Assembly: GCA_965205485.1 (NCBI GenBank)
Contig: OZ242180.1
Location: 4,128,001 to 4,192,000, forward strand
Source: Candidatus Latescibacterota bacterium
Lineage (GTDB): Bacteria > Latescibacterota > UBA2968 > GCA-2709665
Length of the DNA stretch: 64,000 nt
Reading direction: 5' to 3'
Position 1 is the first letter of the stretch, and the number at the start of each line of letters is the position of its first letter. Below are positions 38,225 through 48,281 of this stretch, in pieces. Under the pieces are notes generated by a model, which made no database searches, was not told the origin of the DNA, and was given only the letters and a program-made list of their open reading frames with translations. A program made the translations under genes and the position numbers.

Positions 38225-40311
38225 TATCCCAATCCCTCCACGCGCGTCAGGAGCAGGCTGCCGCACGTCTCCACGGCAAACGACCAGCCGTGCGGCACGA
38301 CGGCGGTGGACTCGTCTTCTTCCACGATTGCCGGTCCGGTCGCTCGAAATCCCGGATCGATCCTGTACCTGTCGAAAACCGGCGCCGGTTCCGGACCGGT
38401 TTCCGCATCGAACAAAACCGGGCGAACGCCCTTAACCGCGTCCCCGCCCGTTGAAGGCGGCAGTTCCGGATCCCCGATATCGGGCTTCGGCCCGGACATC
38501 CGCACACGCCAGTGAACAGACTCGATTTCCACGCCCTCGCACGTGCGCGTGAACTTGCGGACATATTCCGTATCGAATCTCTCATGGATTTCATCCAGAC
38601 TGTCGGGGCCGATTCTGCCGCCCGGAATCGGAATCCTGATTTCGTGGCCCTGTCCCACGTACCGCATGTCGGCCGTGCGTTCAATCCGCATTTGGGACGG
38701 CGCCACGCCGGCATCCCGCAAAACGACGGCGCCCTCGGTTTCCATTGCTTCGAAAAGCGTGTTCAGCCTCGCGTAATTCAGGGCCTCCAGCCGCGCTACG
38801 TAACTCCTCGCGAAATCAAACGAAATCGGCGCAAGCATCAGTCCGAACGCGGAACTCACGCCCGCCGTGGGCGGCACGATCACCGTGCGTATTCCGAGTC
38901 GCTCGGCCACGCCGCAGGCATGCACGGGACCTGCGCCTCCGGTTGCGACCATGGCATAGCCCCGGATGTCGATGCCGCGCTCGGCCGCGTGAACGCGTGC
39001 CGCGTTCGCCATGTTTTCGTTGACCATCCTGTGAATGCCCCACGCCATACGATCGATGCCCGTGCCCAGCCGCTTCGAAAGCCGGTGGACCGCGCTGTTT
39101 GCGCGGTCCAGGTTCAGCGCCATCTTGCCGCCCAGGAAGTAGGCGGGATTCAGCATCCCCAGAACCAGGTCGGCGTCGGTCACCGTGGGCGCCGATCCTC
39201 CGTTCCCGTAGCAGGCGGGGCCGGGAACCGATCCCGCGCTTTCCGGACCGACGGCCGGCAGCCCCATCTCGTTCAGGTGCGCAATACTGCCGCCGCCCGC
39301 GCCGATTTCTATCATATCCAGTACGGGGACAAGGAGCGGCAGCCCGCTCCCGCGTTTGAATCGATAGACACGCGCCACCTCGGACTCGGTTGTTACGGGA
39401 AAAACGCCGTCACTGCCAAGCACGGCCTTCGCCGTCGTGCCACCCATATCGAACGCGAGCACGTCGTTCAGGCTTGAACGGCCGCCCCAATAGGCGGCGG
39501 ACAACGCGCCGCCGCTCGGACCGGACTCGACAAGACGGACGGGAAACGCCGCGGCCGTCTCGGCCGAGCAAACGCCGCCGTTGGACAGCATGATATGCAA
39601 AGGCGCTGCGATCCCCTTTGCCTCCAGACCCCTGGTCAGACCGGAAAGATACCGGCGGGCGAGAGGCTGGACGTATGCATTGGCGACGGTCGTTGACGTC
39701 CTGTCGTATTCCCGCTGTTCGGGCGACACCTGGTGGGATACCGAGACCGATACGCCGGGCATCGCTTTCCCGACAATCCGCGCCGCCTGTCGTTCGTGTT
39801 CCGGGTTGGCGTATGCGTGCAGAAAGCAGATGGCAACTGATTCCACTTCTTCTTCGATAAACGTACTGCATGCCTCCCGGATCGACGATTCATCCAGGCG
39901 TTGGATTGCTTCTCCCCTCACGTTCATCCGCTCGAGCGCCCCGAATCTCAGTCTGCGTTCCACCAGAGGTTCGGGCAACTCCAGGCGGAGATCATAGATA
40001 TCGTACCGACCCTCGCGCCCGATCTCCAGCGCATCCCGAAACCCCGCCGTCGTGATCAGTCCGGTTCTCGCGCCCTTGCGCTCGATCAGCGTGTTGGTCA
40101 CCAGCGTCGTACCGTGGATGACGCGTTGAACGGCGCCTGCGTCGCGGAAATCCGGCAAGGAGTCGATTCCGCTCAACACGGCATCGGAAGGATCCGGATA
40201 AGTCGTAGGCACCTTGGCAACCGACTGGCGGCCGGTACGGCAATCCAGAAGGACGAGATCCGTGAACGTGCCGCCGATGTCAATTGCCAGGACCCACTGT
40301 TCTTCCGCCAT
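38224..40311 (-). CDS. Hydantoinase A/oxoprolinase family protein
   Basis: DIGGTFTD, HGTT, SGPSGG, DMGGTT, IGAGGGS, PESAG..PGPACYG. Confidence 0.93.
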   Translation of the reverse strand: MAEEQWVLAIDIGGTFTDLVLLDCRTGRQSVAKVPTTYPDPSDAVLSGIDSLPDFRDAGAVQRVIHGTTLVTNTLIERKGARTGLITTAGFRDALEIGREGRYDIYDLRLELPEPLVERRLRFGALERMNVRGEAIQRLDESSIREACSTFIEEEVESVAICFLHAYANPEHERQAARIVGKAMPGVSVSVSHQVSPEQREYDRTSTTVANAYVQPLARRYLSGLTRGLEAKGIAAPLHIMLSNGGVCSAETAAAFPVRLVESGPSGGALSAAYWGGRSSLNDVLAFDMGGTTAKAVLGSDGVFPVTTESEVARVYRFKRGSGLPLLVPVLDMIEIGAGGGSIAHLNEMGLPAVGPESAGSVPGPACYGNGGSAPTVTDADLVLGMLNPAYFLGGKMALNLDRANSAVHRLSKRLGTGIDRMAWGIHRMVNENMANAARVHAAERGIDIRGYAMVATGGAGPVHACGVAERLGIRTVIVPPTAGVSSAFGLMLAPISFDFARSYVARLEALNYARLNTLFEAMETEGAVVLRDAGVAPSQMRIERTADMRYVGQGHEIRIPIPGGRIGPDSLDEIHERFDTEYVRKFTRTCEGVEIESVHWRVRMSGPKPDIGDPELPPSTGGDAVKGVRPVLFDAETGPEPAPVFDRYRIDPGFRATGPAIVEEDESTAVVPHGWSFAVETCGSLLLTRVEGLG

Positions 40312-40394
40312 CCCGCCAGGCTCCAATTAAACTTCCAACGGCCTCGACCGTGCCATAAACTCCTTAAAACAGCTTCTTAGGCGCCGGAGACGTA

Positions 40395-40423
40395 AATATG
40401 CGCCTCGCGGACATGAATGTCAA
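40395..40423 (-). promoter_or_regulatory. sigma70 promoter for the hydantoinase A/B genes
   Basis: TTGACA-N17-CATATT. Confidence 0.45.
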
Positions 40424-40427
40424 CTCT

Positions 40428-40525
40428 AACGCGGGTTCGTCAGCCGTAGACGCCAACAGGTCTTCATCCACGGAAACGACGGGACCCTTCCGTGAGGCGA
40501 AAGCCTCCCCACTCTGATCCGCGTT
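40428..40525 (+). ncRNA. Candidate structured RNA (multi-branch), unassigned
   Basis: Closing stem AACGCGGGT/ATCCGCGTT enclosing CGTC/GACG, CACGGAA/TTCCGTG and GAGGC-GAAA-GCCTC hairpins. Confidence 0.35.
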
Positions 40526-40556
40526 CCTGAAAGGCGTTCCATTGACGCATTATGCC

Positions 40557-40585
40557 TTGACATCCTGCAGTCCATTATTTAATTT
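40557..40585 (+). promoter_or_regulatory. sigma70 promoter for tRNA-Gly
   Basis: TTGACA-N17-TAATTT, 30 nt upstream of the tRNA. Confidence 0.55.
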
Positions 40586-40615
40586 TCAATTCACCTGGCG
40601 CAGCAGAACATCGGG

Positions 40616-40691
40616 GCGGGAATAGCTCAGCTGGTAGAGCACAACCTTGCCAAGGTTGGGGTCGCGGGTTCGAGTCCCGTTTCCCGCTCCA
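40616..40691 (+). tRNA. tRNA-Gly(GCC)
   Basis: GCGGGAATAGCTCAG...CCTTGCCAAGG...GGTTCGAGTCCCGTTTCCCGCTCCA. Confidence 0.98.
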
Positions 40692-40707
40692 GTTTTTTCA
40701 CGCGAAG

Positions 40708-40735
40708 GCCCGTTAAACCTGCCCGTTTAACGGGC
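40708..40735 (+). terminator. Stem-loop after tRNA-Gly
   Basis: Perfect 11-bp inverted repeat GCCCGTTAAAC/GTTTAACGGGC followed by a T-rich tract. Confidence 0.55.
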
Positions 40736-40794
40736 GCTGTTGTTGTTTGTCGTCCACCCGGCCACCCATGGGATCCTACGCCGGAGGCGGTCCA

Positions 40795-41934
40795 GTGAAA
40801 ACTGCGCTGCACGACGAATTCGCGCAATACCGCCTGCCGGACACCGCCCTGTGGACGCCGGGACCGCACGCGCTTACGCCTGCGGTCGAACGTACAATCC
40901 GGGCCTATCGGGCGACTTTCTCCCACCGTTCGAACGACTTCAAGTCCCTGTACACGCAGGCGGTAGCCCTCCTGCGTGAAGCATTCCACGCGCCGGAAGC
41001 GTACACGCCACTCATCTTCGGCCACACAGGCAGCTACGACTGGGAGATGGTCGCTGTCAATACACCGCCCGATTCCCGGGCGGTGGGTCTCGATATAGGC
41101 GCGTTCTCCGCCCGATGGGCGGAGTTATTCGTGCGCCATGACCGCGCCGTCGACGTACTTCGTGTACCATGGGGACATGGAATCGAACGGAACAGGTGGC
41201 GCACCGCGCTGCGGAGAGGCTACGACGTCGCGCTGCTGACACACAACGAGACCGCCACCGGGGTCATGCTCCCCGTCGATGCCCTCTGCCGGGACGCGCG
41301 CCGCCGGTCGCCGGAAATGCTCGTCGCCATCGACGGCGTAAGTATCGCCGGTGCGGTTGAAGTTGACATTGGTACGATGCGACCGGACTACTATCTCTGG
41401 AGCCTGCAGAAGGACTTCGGGATTCCCGCCGTCGGGTCGGTGATGATCGTCTCGAATCGAGCGCTTGAGACGGCGGCAAGTGTCGCGAAACGCGGATACG
41501 TGCTGGACCTGATCGAATGGCATACCCGCGCCGCTGACGCGCAGACGCCCGTAACCGTATCCGATCTCATGTTGCGCTGCCTGATCGCCCGTCTCGAGGA
41601 AATGCTGGACGAGGGCGATGCCCGCTTCCGGCGACACAGGAATCTCGCGCGAATGCAGAGGGACTGGGCGGCGAAACACGGCCTGGGTCTGCTCGCGCAG
41701 CCGGAATTCTGCAGCCCCACCGTCACCGCCGTTCTGATGCCCGATTCCATCCCGGCGACGGAACTCGTCCACGCGGCGAAAAACGTGCTGAACGTACAGA
41801 TCGCGCCGGGTTACGGCCCCATGCAGAATACCGCCATACGGATCGCCGCAATGGGAAGCACTTCGGAATCGGAAATGGAGCGGTTTCTGGCGGGGCTTTC
41901 GCTGATGATCAGGAACTGGTCGGCCGCAACTTGA
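40795..41934 (+). CDS. Class V aminotransferase (alanine-glyoxylate/serine-pyruvate type)
   Basis: TPGP, SHRS, THNETATGV, IDGVS, SLQK, SPTVTA, IRIAAMG; GGAGG RBS before GTG 40795. Confidence 0.88.
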   Translation: MKTALHDEFAQYRLPDTALWTPGPHALTPAVERTIRAYRATFSHRSNDFKSLYTQAVALLREAFHAPEAYTPLIFGHTGSYDWEMVAVNTPPDSRAVGLDIGAFSARWAELFVRHDRAVDVLRVPWGHGIERNRWRTALRRGYDVALLTHNETATGVMLPVDALCRDARRRSPEMLVAIDGVSIAGAVEVDIGTMRPDYYLWSLQKDFGIPAVGSVMIVSNRALETAASVAKRGYVLDLIEWHTRAADAQTPVTVSDLMLRCLIARLEEMLDEGDARFRRHRNLARMQRDWAAKHGLGLLAQPEFCSPTVTAVLMPDSIPATELVHAAKNVLNVQIAPGYGPMQNTAIRIAAMGSTSESEMERFLAGLSLMIRNWSAAT

Positions 41935-41947
41935 ACAGAGGGTCGCA

Positions 41948-42763
41948 ATGCCTCCTACCTCGATGGTCTGTCCGGGCTGCCGCAATCTGATCAGCACGGA
42001 AGAGAAAAAATGTCCGTACTGCGGCGCCTATCGCCCGGGTCTCTGGGGGCTCGGCCCCGCCCTGAGCCGGCTGTTCGGATCGAGAATCGACGTTCTCACC
42101 CTCATTCCCACGGCATGTATCGTCCTTTTCCTGCTCAGTCTGCTCCTGGACCTGGAATCGGCGCTGTCGCTGCGCGGCGGCTTCTTCGGCATGCTTTCGC
42201 CCGGTTTTCATGCGACCGCGATCCTGGGAATGACAGACGGAAACGCGCCGTGGTGGACACTGTTCACGGCCATCTATCTGCACGGCGGGTTGTTACATAT
42301 CCTCTTCAACGTGCTGTGGATACGGCAACTGGGCCCGGAAGTCGGCAATCTATACGGCCCGGCGCGCTATTTCATCATTTTTACGACTGGCGGCGTCGTT
42401 GGCTTTTTCCTTTCCAACGCCGTTTCCGGCTATCCCACGCTGGGCGCCTCCGGCTCGATTTTCGGACTTCTGGCCGCCCTCATCGTCTATGGCCGAAGCC
42501 AGAAGACCAGCTTCGCCGCCCTGATGACGCGTCAGATCTGGCAGTGGGCAATCATGCTCTTCATCTTCGGCTTTCTCATGCAGGGTGTCAACAACTGGGC
42601 CCACTTCGGCGGATTCGCCGGGGGATGGATCGCTTCACGGCTCCTCGTCTCGAGCGCGCGCTGGCACGAGGGGCGCCTCACCGTGGTGGTCGCCCTGCTC
42701 CTTCTCATGATCACCGGAGCCGGTTTCGTGTTGTCGATATACAGCGCGATCCGCGGCCTGTAG
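41948..42763 (+). CDS. Rhomboid intramembrane serine protease with N-terminal zinc ribbon
   Basis: CPGC-x10-CPYC; LHGGLLHILFN; GASG; NWAHFGG. Confidence 0.92.
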   Translation: MPPTSMVCPGCRNLISTEEKKCPYCGAYRPGLWGLGPALSRLFGSRIDVLTLIPTACIVLFLLSLLLDLESALSLRGGFFGMLSPGFHATAILGMTDGNAPWWTLFTAIYLHGGLLHILFNVLWIRQLGPEVGNLYGPARYFIIFTTGGVVGFFLSNAVSGYPTLGASGSIFGLLAALIVYGRSQKTSFAALMTRQIWQWAIMLFIFGFLMQGVNNWAHFGGFAGGWIASRLLVSSARWHEGRLTVVVALLLLMITGAGFVLSIYSAIRGL

Positions 42764-42823
42764 TTTCCGGGTACAGTTCCGCCCCGTCTCCGCCACGGAC
42801 GGACCGGAGTCCGCAGCAACGGC

Positions 42824-43675
42824 CTACTGGAATTTCCGTTCCGCCCAGTCCTTCCGATCCCTGACGACGTTTTCAGCCGCCTTCCCGCTTCTGGCCAAAT
42901 GCCCCAGTTGGGCACGCATCGTAGGCTGAGTCGCGTCCTGGTACCGCCAGTCCATGCTCCAGCGCACCTTACGGGTCCTGTTGGGCAGTCCGCAATGGAA
43001 CATCAGGTTATGAAACAGGACCACGTCGCCCGGGTCCACTTCGATAGAGACCGCCTGTCCCAGACGCGGATCCAGCTCCTCCTGTGATATTTCAAGGTAA
43101 TATTCCCGCTTTTCATGGGGCACGATGCCCAGCTTGTGCGTACCGGGCACAAACTGCATACATCCGTTTTCCTCCGTTGCGGGCACGAGGGGGGCCCAGA
43201 CGTTCAGCATTCTCAGCGTCTCCACGCCGGCGGCGGCCTGCGCCGTGTATCCCCCGTCCTGATGCCACAGGACCAGCGTTCCCTTCCATTCGGGAAACTT
43301 CGGGCGCGCCGTATAATTCGGATATAGCCTGACCTCGGGTCCGAGGAGCAGTTCTGCGACGTCCAGGAGACGAGGGTGAAAGAACAGATCGAAGAGCCTG
43401 GGCCCATGCAATTCAGGCCGGAATGACGTGGGCGCCAGTTCCATGCAGTGTTCGAACAGCCGCGCAATGCGGGTTTCGAACGGCGCGTGCCTGAAAGGAT
43501 CCGTAATTCTCTCCAACGCCAATAACCGCTCCGCCTGACGGTCAACCAGAACGTCGAGTTCCTCCCGGACACCCTCGATAACGTTCGTTGCCAGAAACGC
43601 CTTCAATATCACGTAGCCGTCACGATCGAACGCCTGCTTCAATGCGTCTTCGTCCACCGGTCTAGCGCTTGACAT
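42824..43675 (-). CDS. Phytanoyl-CoA dioxygenase (PhyH) family protein
   Basis: FDRDGY, WHQD, ENGCMQFVPGTH, GDVVLFH. Confidence 0.9.
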   Translation of the reverse strand: MSSARPVDEDALKQAFDRDGYVILKAFLATNVIEGVREELDVLVDRQAERLLALERITDPFRHAPFETRIARLFEHCMELAPTSFRPELHGPRLFDLFFHPRLLDVAELLLGPEVRLYPNYTARPKFPEWKGTLVLWHQDGGYTAQAAAGVETLRMLNVWAPLVPATEENGCMQFVPGTHKLGIVPHEKREYYLEISQEELDPRLGQAVSIEVDPGDVVLFHNLMFHCGLPNRTRKVRWSMDWRYQDATQPTMRAQLGHLARSGKAAENVVRDRKDWAERKFQ

Positions 43676-43683
43676 GTGACCTC

Positions 43684-44802
43684 CTACAGGACAGACAGGT
43701 AAAGCATCCGGCACGCGGCTTCATCCAGCGGCCTCGGGTTTGTCGGGCTGCAATGGTCCGCTGCCGCCTTCCCCGCCAGCGGTTCCAGCTCATCCCGGGT
43801 AACACCCAGCTCCGAAAGCGACTCCGGCATCCCAATCCGCCTGTTTATCGCTTCGAAATAATCCGGCAGATCGGATCCCTTTCTCAGGCGCAGCCGTTGC
43901 GCCATCGTCTCGAATTTGCCGGCGCAATAGTCGAAGTTGAATCTCAGGACGGCGGGAAGAAACAGGCCGTTGAGCGTACCGTGATGCAGTGACCTGCCCA
44001 GAGACCCCAACGGATGACTCAGGCTGTGCACGGCGCCCAGGCTCTTCTGAAACGCGAGGCCGCCCTGCAACGCGCACATCAGCATCTCCTTCCTGGCCTC
44101 CCGGTCCGTCCCGTCCAGACATGCGGTGGAAATGTGACGACAGCCTCGTTCCAGCCCGTCGAGCGCGATCGCGTCGGCAACGGGGTTGAAGCGCGTGCTG
44201 CAGAAGGTCTCCACGCAATGTGAAATGGCGTCCATTCCCGTGCCGGCGCTCAGAGAAGGCGGCATCGTCATTGTCAGTTCCGGATCGCATACCGCGGCCG
44301 CGGGCGTCAGATAGCGGCTCAGGACTCCCACCTTGTCGCCGGAACTCAACGTCACCAGGGCGGCTCTGCCCACCTCGCTCCCGCTGCCGGCGGTGGTTGG
44401 TACGGCGACAATGGGCGGGACCCGGCGCGTGATCCGTTTCGTGCCGCCACACCGCATCGCATACGACTCGAGCGGTCCTGCGTGTCCCGCCAGAATCCCC
44501 GCGCACTTCGCGAGGTCCATGGAGGAACCGCCTCCGACGGCGACCAATCCGTCGCACCGCCCGTTCCGGTAGTCCTCCAGCGCTTTCAGTACCTGCGGTT
44601 CAGAAGGATTGGTTTTGACACCGCTGTACACGGGCGCGTCGCGAAGGCCAACGCGATTGGCAATACCCAGATCCTTCAGACCGGGATCGGTCACCATGAG
44701 CGGCCGGCGTATTCCGATCTGAGCGAGCAGGTCGGGCACGACCTCCGAGACGCCGAATCCGAAATACACGTCGGTCAGATAGGATATCGAGGGTTGAATC
44801 AT
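43684..44802 (-). CDS. Iron-containing alcohol dehydrogenase
   Basis: GGGSSMD, PTTAGSGSE, GMDAISH, HSLSH, HHG. Confidence 0.93.
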   Translation of the reverse strand: MIQPSISYLTDVYFGFGVSEVVPDLLAQIGIRRPLMVTDPGLKDLGIANRVGLRDAPVYSGVKTNPSEPQVLKALEDYRNGRCDGLVAVGGGSSMDLAKCAGILAGHAGPLESYAMRCGGTKRITRRVPPIVAVPTTAGSGSEVGRAALVTLSSGDKVGVLSRYLTPAAAVCDPELTMTMPPSLSAGTGMDAISHCVETFCSTRFNPVADAIALDGLERGCRHISTACLDGTDREARKEMLMCALQGGLAFQKSLGAVHSLSHPLGSLGRSLHHGTLNGLFLPAVLRFNFDYCAGKFETMAQRLRLRKGSDLPDYFEAINRRIGMPESLSELGVTRDELEPLAGKAAADHCSPTNPRPLDEAACRMLYLSVL

Positions 44803-46418
44803 AAAAGACCCAGCCGCCTCTCGATCGACTCAGGCATCCATTCCTGACGGACCCCCAGGTCGCGGAGAATCACCTGCGCGCAGTTGTACCCGGGCAGACC
44901 GGTGACGTTGCCGCCGGGGTGGCAACTCGAACCGCACATATACAGCCCCCGAAGGTGCGTCCTGTAGTGACCGGCCCCGGGAAACGGACGGTTGTAACCG
45001 ATCTGGCCGTGTGTGAACGCGCCAACCAGAAGGTCCCCCTCCCGCATATTCGGAAACGTGCGCTCCACGTCCAGCGGGCTGTGGGCGAACCATGAGATGA
45101 GGTTCTCTTTCAGGTTCGGCGCATATCGGCCCCACTCCGCCAGCATCTCCTGTCCCAGACGGTCCCGTTCCGAATCCCAGTTCGCCGGGTCTCCATTCAG
45201 CCGGTACGGCGCCTTCTGCCACATGAACGCGGTATGCTTGCCCTCGGGCGCCTGCGACGGATCGAACAGCGTGGGACAAGTTCCCCACATGATGTTTGGC
45301 GGTTTGCGCCCCGCCTGATGGCAGGCCACCATTTCCAGGTACCGGTCGATGTGATCCAGTCCCAGAATGACCATGAACGCCTTTTCAATGGCCGGGTTTG
45401 ATCGGGCCGCAAAGTAGCGCGGCGGCGCTTTCAGATTCAGATTCAGCGCGGACAGCGGCGCCACCAGATTGTAACGGAACGCGCTCGCACGGTCTCGCCA
45501 TTTCCGGGGCAGCGCGTCGTCGTCCAGGAGGTCCAGAAACGTCTGGTGCGGATTCAGCCCGGAAGCGACAAAACGCCGGGCAATGAAACGTTCGCCGGAC
45601 GTGGCCTCCACGCCCACAACACGGTTTCCTTCCCTGATGAATCGTCCGGGTTCCGTCTCGAGGCGCACTTCTCCGCCGCATTCCCTGACCGCCGACACCA
45701 GCGCCCGTGCGAGGACCGCCGATCCGCCGCGGCACATTTGCGCCTTACCGGAACTGGCCAGCAGCGCCGCAATGTGGTGTCCGAAACCGGGGCACCGCAG
45801 ATCGACTTCACGCAACCCGTTAAAAAAAAGCAATCCGGCCTGAATCACCGGATGCCTGAATTCCCTGCGGACGAACTCGAGGGGCGATAATCGGCTGACG
45901 TCCAGCAGCAACCGGCCCTCCCTGCTTCTTTCGAGCAAGGCGCGCCGCCGGGCCGGTTCCAGCGGGGGCGCCTGCGCTTCGGGGACGATGATCCGTTCGA
46001 CGATTGGCAGGAATGCTTCGCGCCATTTCCTCAACGTCGCCGCGTCGCTGTTGCTGAAACACGCAAAGGAGTCGACGGTTTTTTCAAAGTCCGTCCACCA
46101 CTCCAGCGCTACGCCGTCCTTTGACAACAGGGCGACGTTCAATGCAGGCTCGAGGTATTCCGCGCCGTGTCGTTCCAGGTCCAGATCGCGGTACCACGGC
46201 ATCATGTTCAGCGCACGGTGGTAGAACGAATGGGTATTGTGCAGGAATCCCGGATTTCGCGCGTCCTCGATCGTCGCCAGCGCACCGCCCGGGACGCTCC
46301 TCCGTTCGAGGCACAGCACGCTGAGACCGGCCCGCCCCAGATAAGCCTGCAGGATCAGACTGTTGTGGCCGGCCCCGATAATAATGCCATCATAGATCCG
46401 GAATGTTTCGCTGTCCAT
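44799..46418 (-). CDS. Phytoene dehydrogenase-like FAD-dependent oxidoreductase
   Basis: IIGAGHNSL, DPSQAPEGKH, LYMCGSSCHPGGNVTG.PGYN. Confidence 0.88.
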   Translation of the reverse strand: MDSETFRIYDGIIIGAGHNSLILQAYLGRAGLSVLCLERRSVPGGALATIEDARNPGFLHNTHSFYHRALNMMPWYRDLDLERHGAEYLEPALNVALLSKDGVALEWWTDFEKTVDSFACFSNSDAATLRKWREAFLPIVERIIVPEAQAPPLEPARRRALLERSREGRLLLDVSRLSPLEFVRREFRHPVIQAGLLFFNGLREVDLRCPGFGHHIAALLASSGKAQMCRGGSAVLARALVSAVRECGGEVRLETEPGRFIREGNRVVGVEATSGERFIARRFVASGLNPHQTFLDLLDDDALPRKWRDRASAFRYNLVAPLSALNLNLKAPPRYFAARSNPAIEKAFMVILGLDHIDRYLEMVACHQAGRKPPNIMWGTCPTLFDPSQAPEGKHTAFMWQKAPYRLNGDPANWDSERDRLGQEMLAEWGRYAPNLKENLISWFAHSPLDVERTFPNMREGDLLVGAFTHGQIGYNRPFPGAGHYRTHLRGLYMCGSSCHPGGNVTGLPGYNCAQVILRDLGVRQEWMPESIERRLGLL

Positions 46419-46506
46419 CACGGCCTCTGCGAGGACGATCGAGCCTATCGCCGGACCGCCCGGAGGTCGGTTGCCGGGCGTCACCCCGGTCTGTCGTCCG
46501 GCTCCA

Positions 46507-47322
46507 CTACCAGTACCGCTCGATATGCACCTGACCCGGGATCTTTCGCGTCTGTTCGCTGAATCCTTCCGCTTCGAGCAGAGCGAGCATGTCCTCGCAC
46601 ATTTTCGGGTTTCCGCACAGGAAGACCTGTGTATCCTCCGGCTTCGGGCGTTTCCCCCAGGCCCTGTCCAGAAAACCGCCTGCCCAGAGGTCCTGAACGT
46701 ATCCGGTCATACCGCTCCAGGGGATGTGCTCATTGGCCGGGCGGCTGATCAATGACAAATAGGTCAGATTGCTGCACAGTTGTTGCATGATTGTCAATTC
46801 CGAACGGTAGCCCAGATCCCACGATTGCCGGACGCCGTGCAGCACGGCAAAGCGACGTCCGTTGTCGCGCGGCAGGCGGGTGCGTAACATGCTCATATAC
46901 GGGGCGAGTCCGGTCCCGGTGGCCACAAGCACCACGTCCGTGGTTGGGGGCGCCTGATCCAGCGTAAAGGCTCCTGACACCTTGGGCCCCAGCCAGACGC
47001 GGTCACCCTGTTCCAGCGCAAAGAGTCTGGGCGTCAGCGCGCCTGAACGGACGACATTTATGTAGAACTCCATATGCTCCCGCAACAGGGACGATGAAGC
47101 GATCGAATAGGCTCTTCGTATCAGCCGCTTCGGATCGGGGGTGTCTTCTTCAAGGTCGGAACCTTCGCTCCTCGGTGCCCTGCCGGGAAGGCCCAGGACG
47201 GCGAATTGCCCGGGCTCGAACTCGGGAAGCTCCCATCCGTCCGCCCTCACCTGTAATATGATCAACTCGGGGGCGAGTTCGATCTTTTGAGATACAACCG
47301 CGTTGGTCAGATCCTGCGCCAA
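46507..47322 (-). CDS. Ferredoxin--NADP+ reductase
   Basis: RAYSIAS, ATGTGLAPY, LCGNP, ERYW; TTG start after GGGAGG. Confidence 0.9.
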   Translation of the reverse strand: MAQDLTNAVVSQKIELAPELIILQVRADGWELPEFEPGQFAVLGLPGRAPRSEGSDLEEDTPDPKRLIRRAYSIASSSLLREHMEFYINVVRSGALTPRLFALEQGDRVWLGPKVSGAFTLDQAPPTTDVVLVATGTGLAPYMSMLRTRLPRDNGRRFAVLHGVRQSWDLGYRSELTIMQQLCSNLTYLSLISRPANEHIPWSGMTGYVQDLWAGGFLDRAWGKRPKPEDTQVFLCGNPKMCEDMLALLEAEGFSEQTRKIPGQVHIERYW

Positions 47323-47490
47323 ACGAACCTCCCTGTTTCTCAGCCTTCGCGCCGTCTCCGATTCGGTCCCGTGTGCAGCACGCAATCCTGCGGCGCCATC
47401 TTCGCAAAATCCGAAACAGCTTCCTCGTCCGGTACTTCGCTGACGTTCATTCGTCCTGCCGCGACGATGAGGCCGACCAGCCGGCGAAAT

Positions 47491-48261
47491 CTACGTGACC
47501 TCAAAGCTGGCCGACGCGTACGTCACGGATTGTCCGGGTTCGAGCTTCGCGACGTTCGTATTGGGAGACAGGAAACCGACCATATCCGAAAACGCGTCGA
47601 TATCGGCCGGCTGACCCACCGCATCACCGTAGTGGCAAGGAATGACGACATCCGGGCGAATCAGACTCGCGGCCCGGGCCGCCTCGCGGACACCCATCGT
47701 AAACAACCCGCCAACCGGAAGAATGGCCACCTGAGGCCCATACATCTGGCTGATCAGCTGCATATCGCTGAACAGCGAAGTATCCGACGTATTGTAGACG
47801 GAAATCCCGTTTGAAAACTGCATCACGATGCCGCAGACGCCCCCGTCGGGCCGGAAGTAATGACCTTCCGGTGCGTCGTCCAGCGCCAGATTCGGCGACA
47901 TCGACACCGAATGGAATGCCTGGGTTGCGGTAATGCGCACGCCTCCCACCTCGATCGTGCCCCCCGGATTCACCGGCCGCGCCCGATCCCCCAACGGCAG
48001 ACCGTGTTTCTCCGCGGTCTGACAAAGCTCGTAGCTGCCCGCAAATACGGCCCCCGTCCTTCTGCAGATTTCAAACGAATCGCCGATATGATCGTCGTGC
48101 CCATGGGTCGCGATCACCACGTCGGCGTGCGTAATGTCTGGCACACCCATTTCGGTCGTGGGGTTGTTGTTCAGCCACGGGTCGAAATAAACCACCTCAC
48201 CGGTATCCGGTTCCAGGCGGAAGGACGCGTGTCCCAGCAGCGTAATCCTGATGTTCGCCAT
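47491..48261 (-). CDS. Metallo-beta-lactamase-fold hydrolase (UPF0173-like)
   Basis: LGHASF, THGHDDHIGD, LPVGG.FTM, IPCHY. Confidence 0.9.
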   Translation of the reverse strand: MANIRITLLGHASFRLEPDTGEVVYFDPWLNNNPTTEMGVPDITHADVVIATHGHDDHIGDSFEICRRTGAVFAGSYELCQTAEKHGLPLGDRARPVNPGGTIEVGGVRITATQAFHSVSMSPNLALDDAPEGHYFRPDGGVCGIVMQFSNGISVYNTSDTSLFSDMQLISQMYGPQVAILPVGGLFTMGVREAARAASLIRPDVVIPCHYGDAVGQPADIDAFSDMVGFLSPNTNVAKLEPGQSVTYASASFEVT

Positions 48262-48281
48262 CGGTATCCTCTCCCGTTCAG

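Noticed and set aside
40627..41025. 132-aa minus-strand ORF ending LERETGLEPATPTLARLCSTS
   Set aside because: Typical antisense translation of a tRNA gene
40616..41934. Genomic island integrated at tRNA-Gly
   Set aside because: No integrase, no duplicated tRNA 3' end noticed in the window, and no obvious compositional shift
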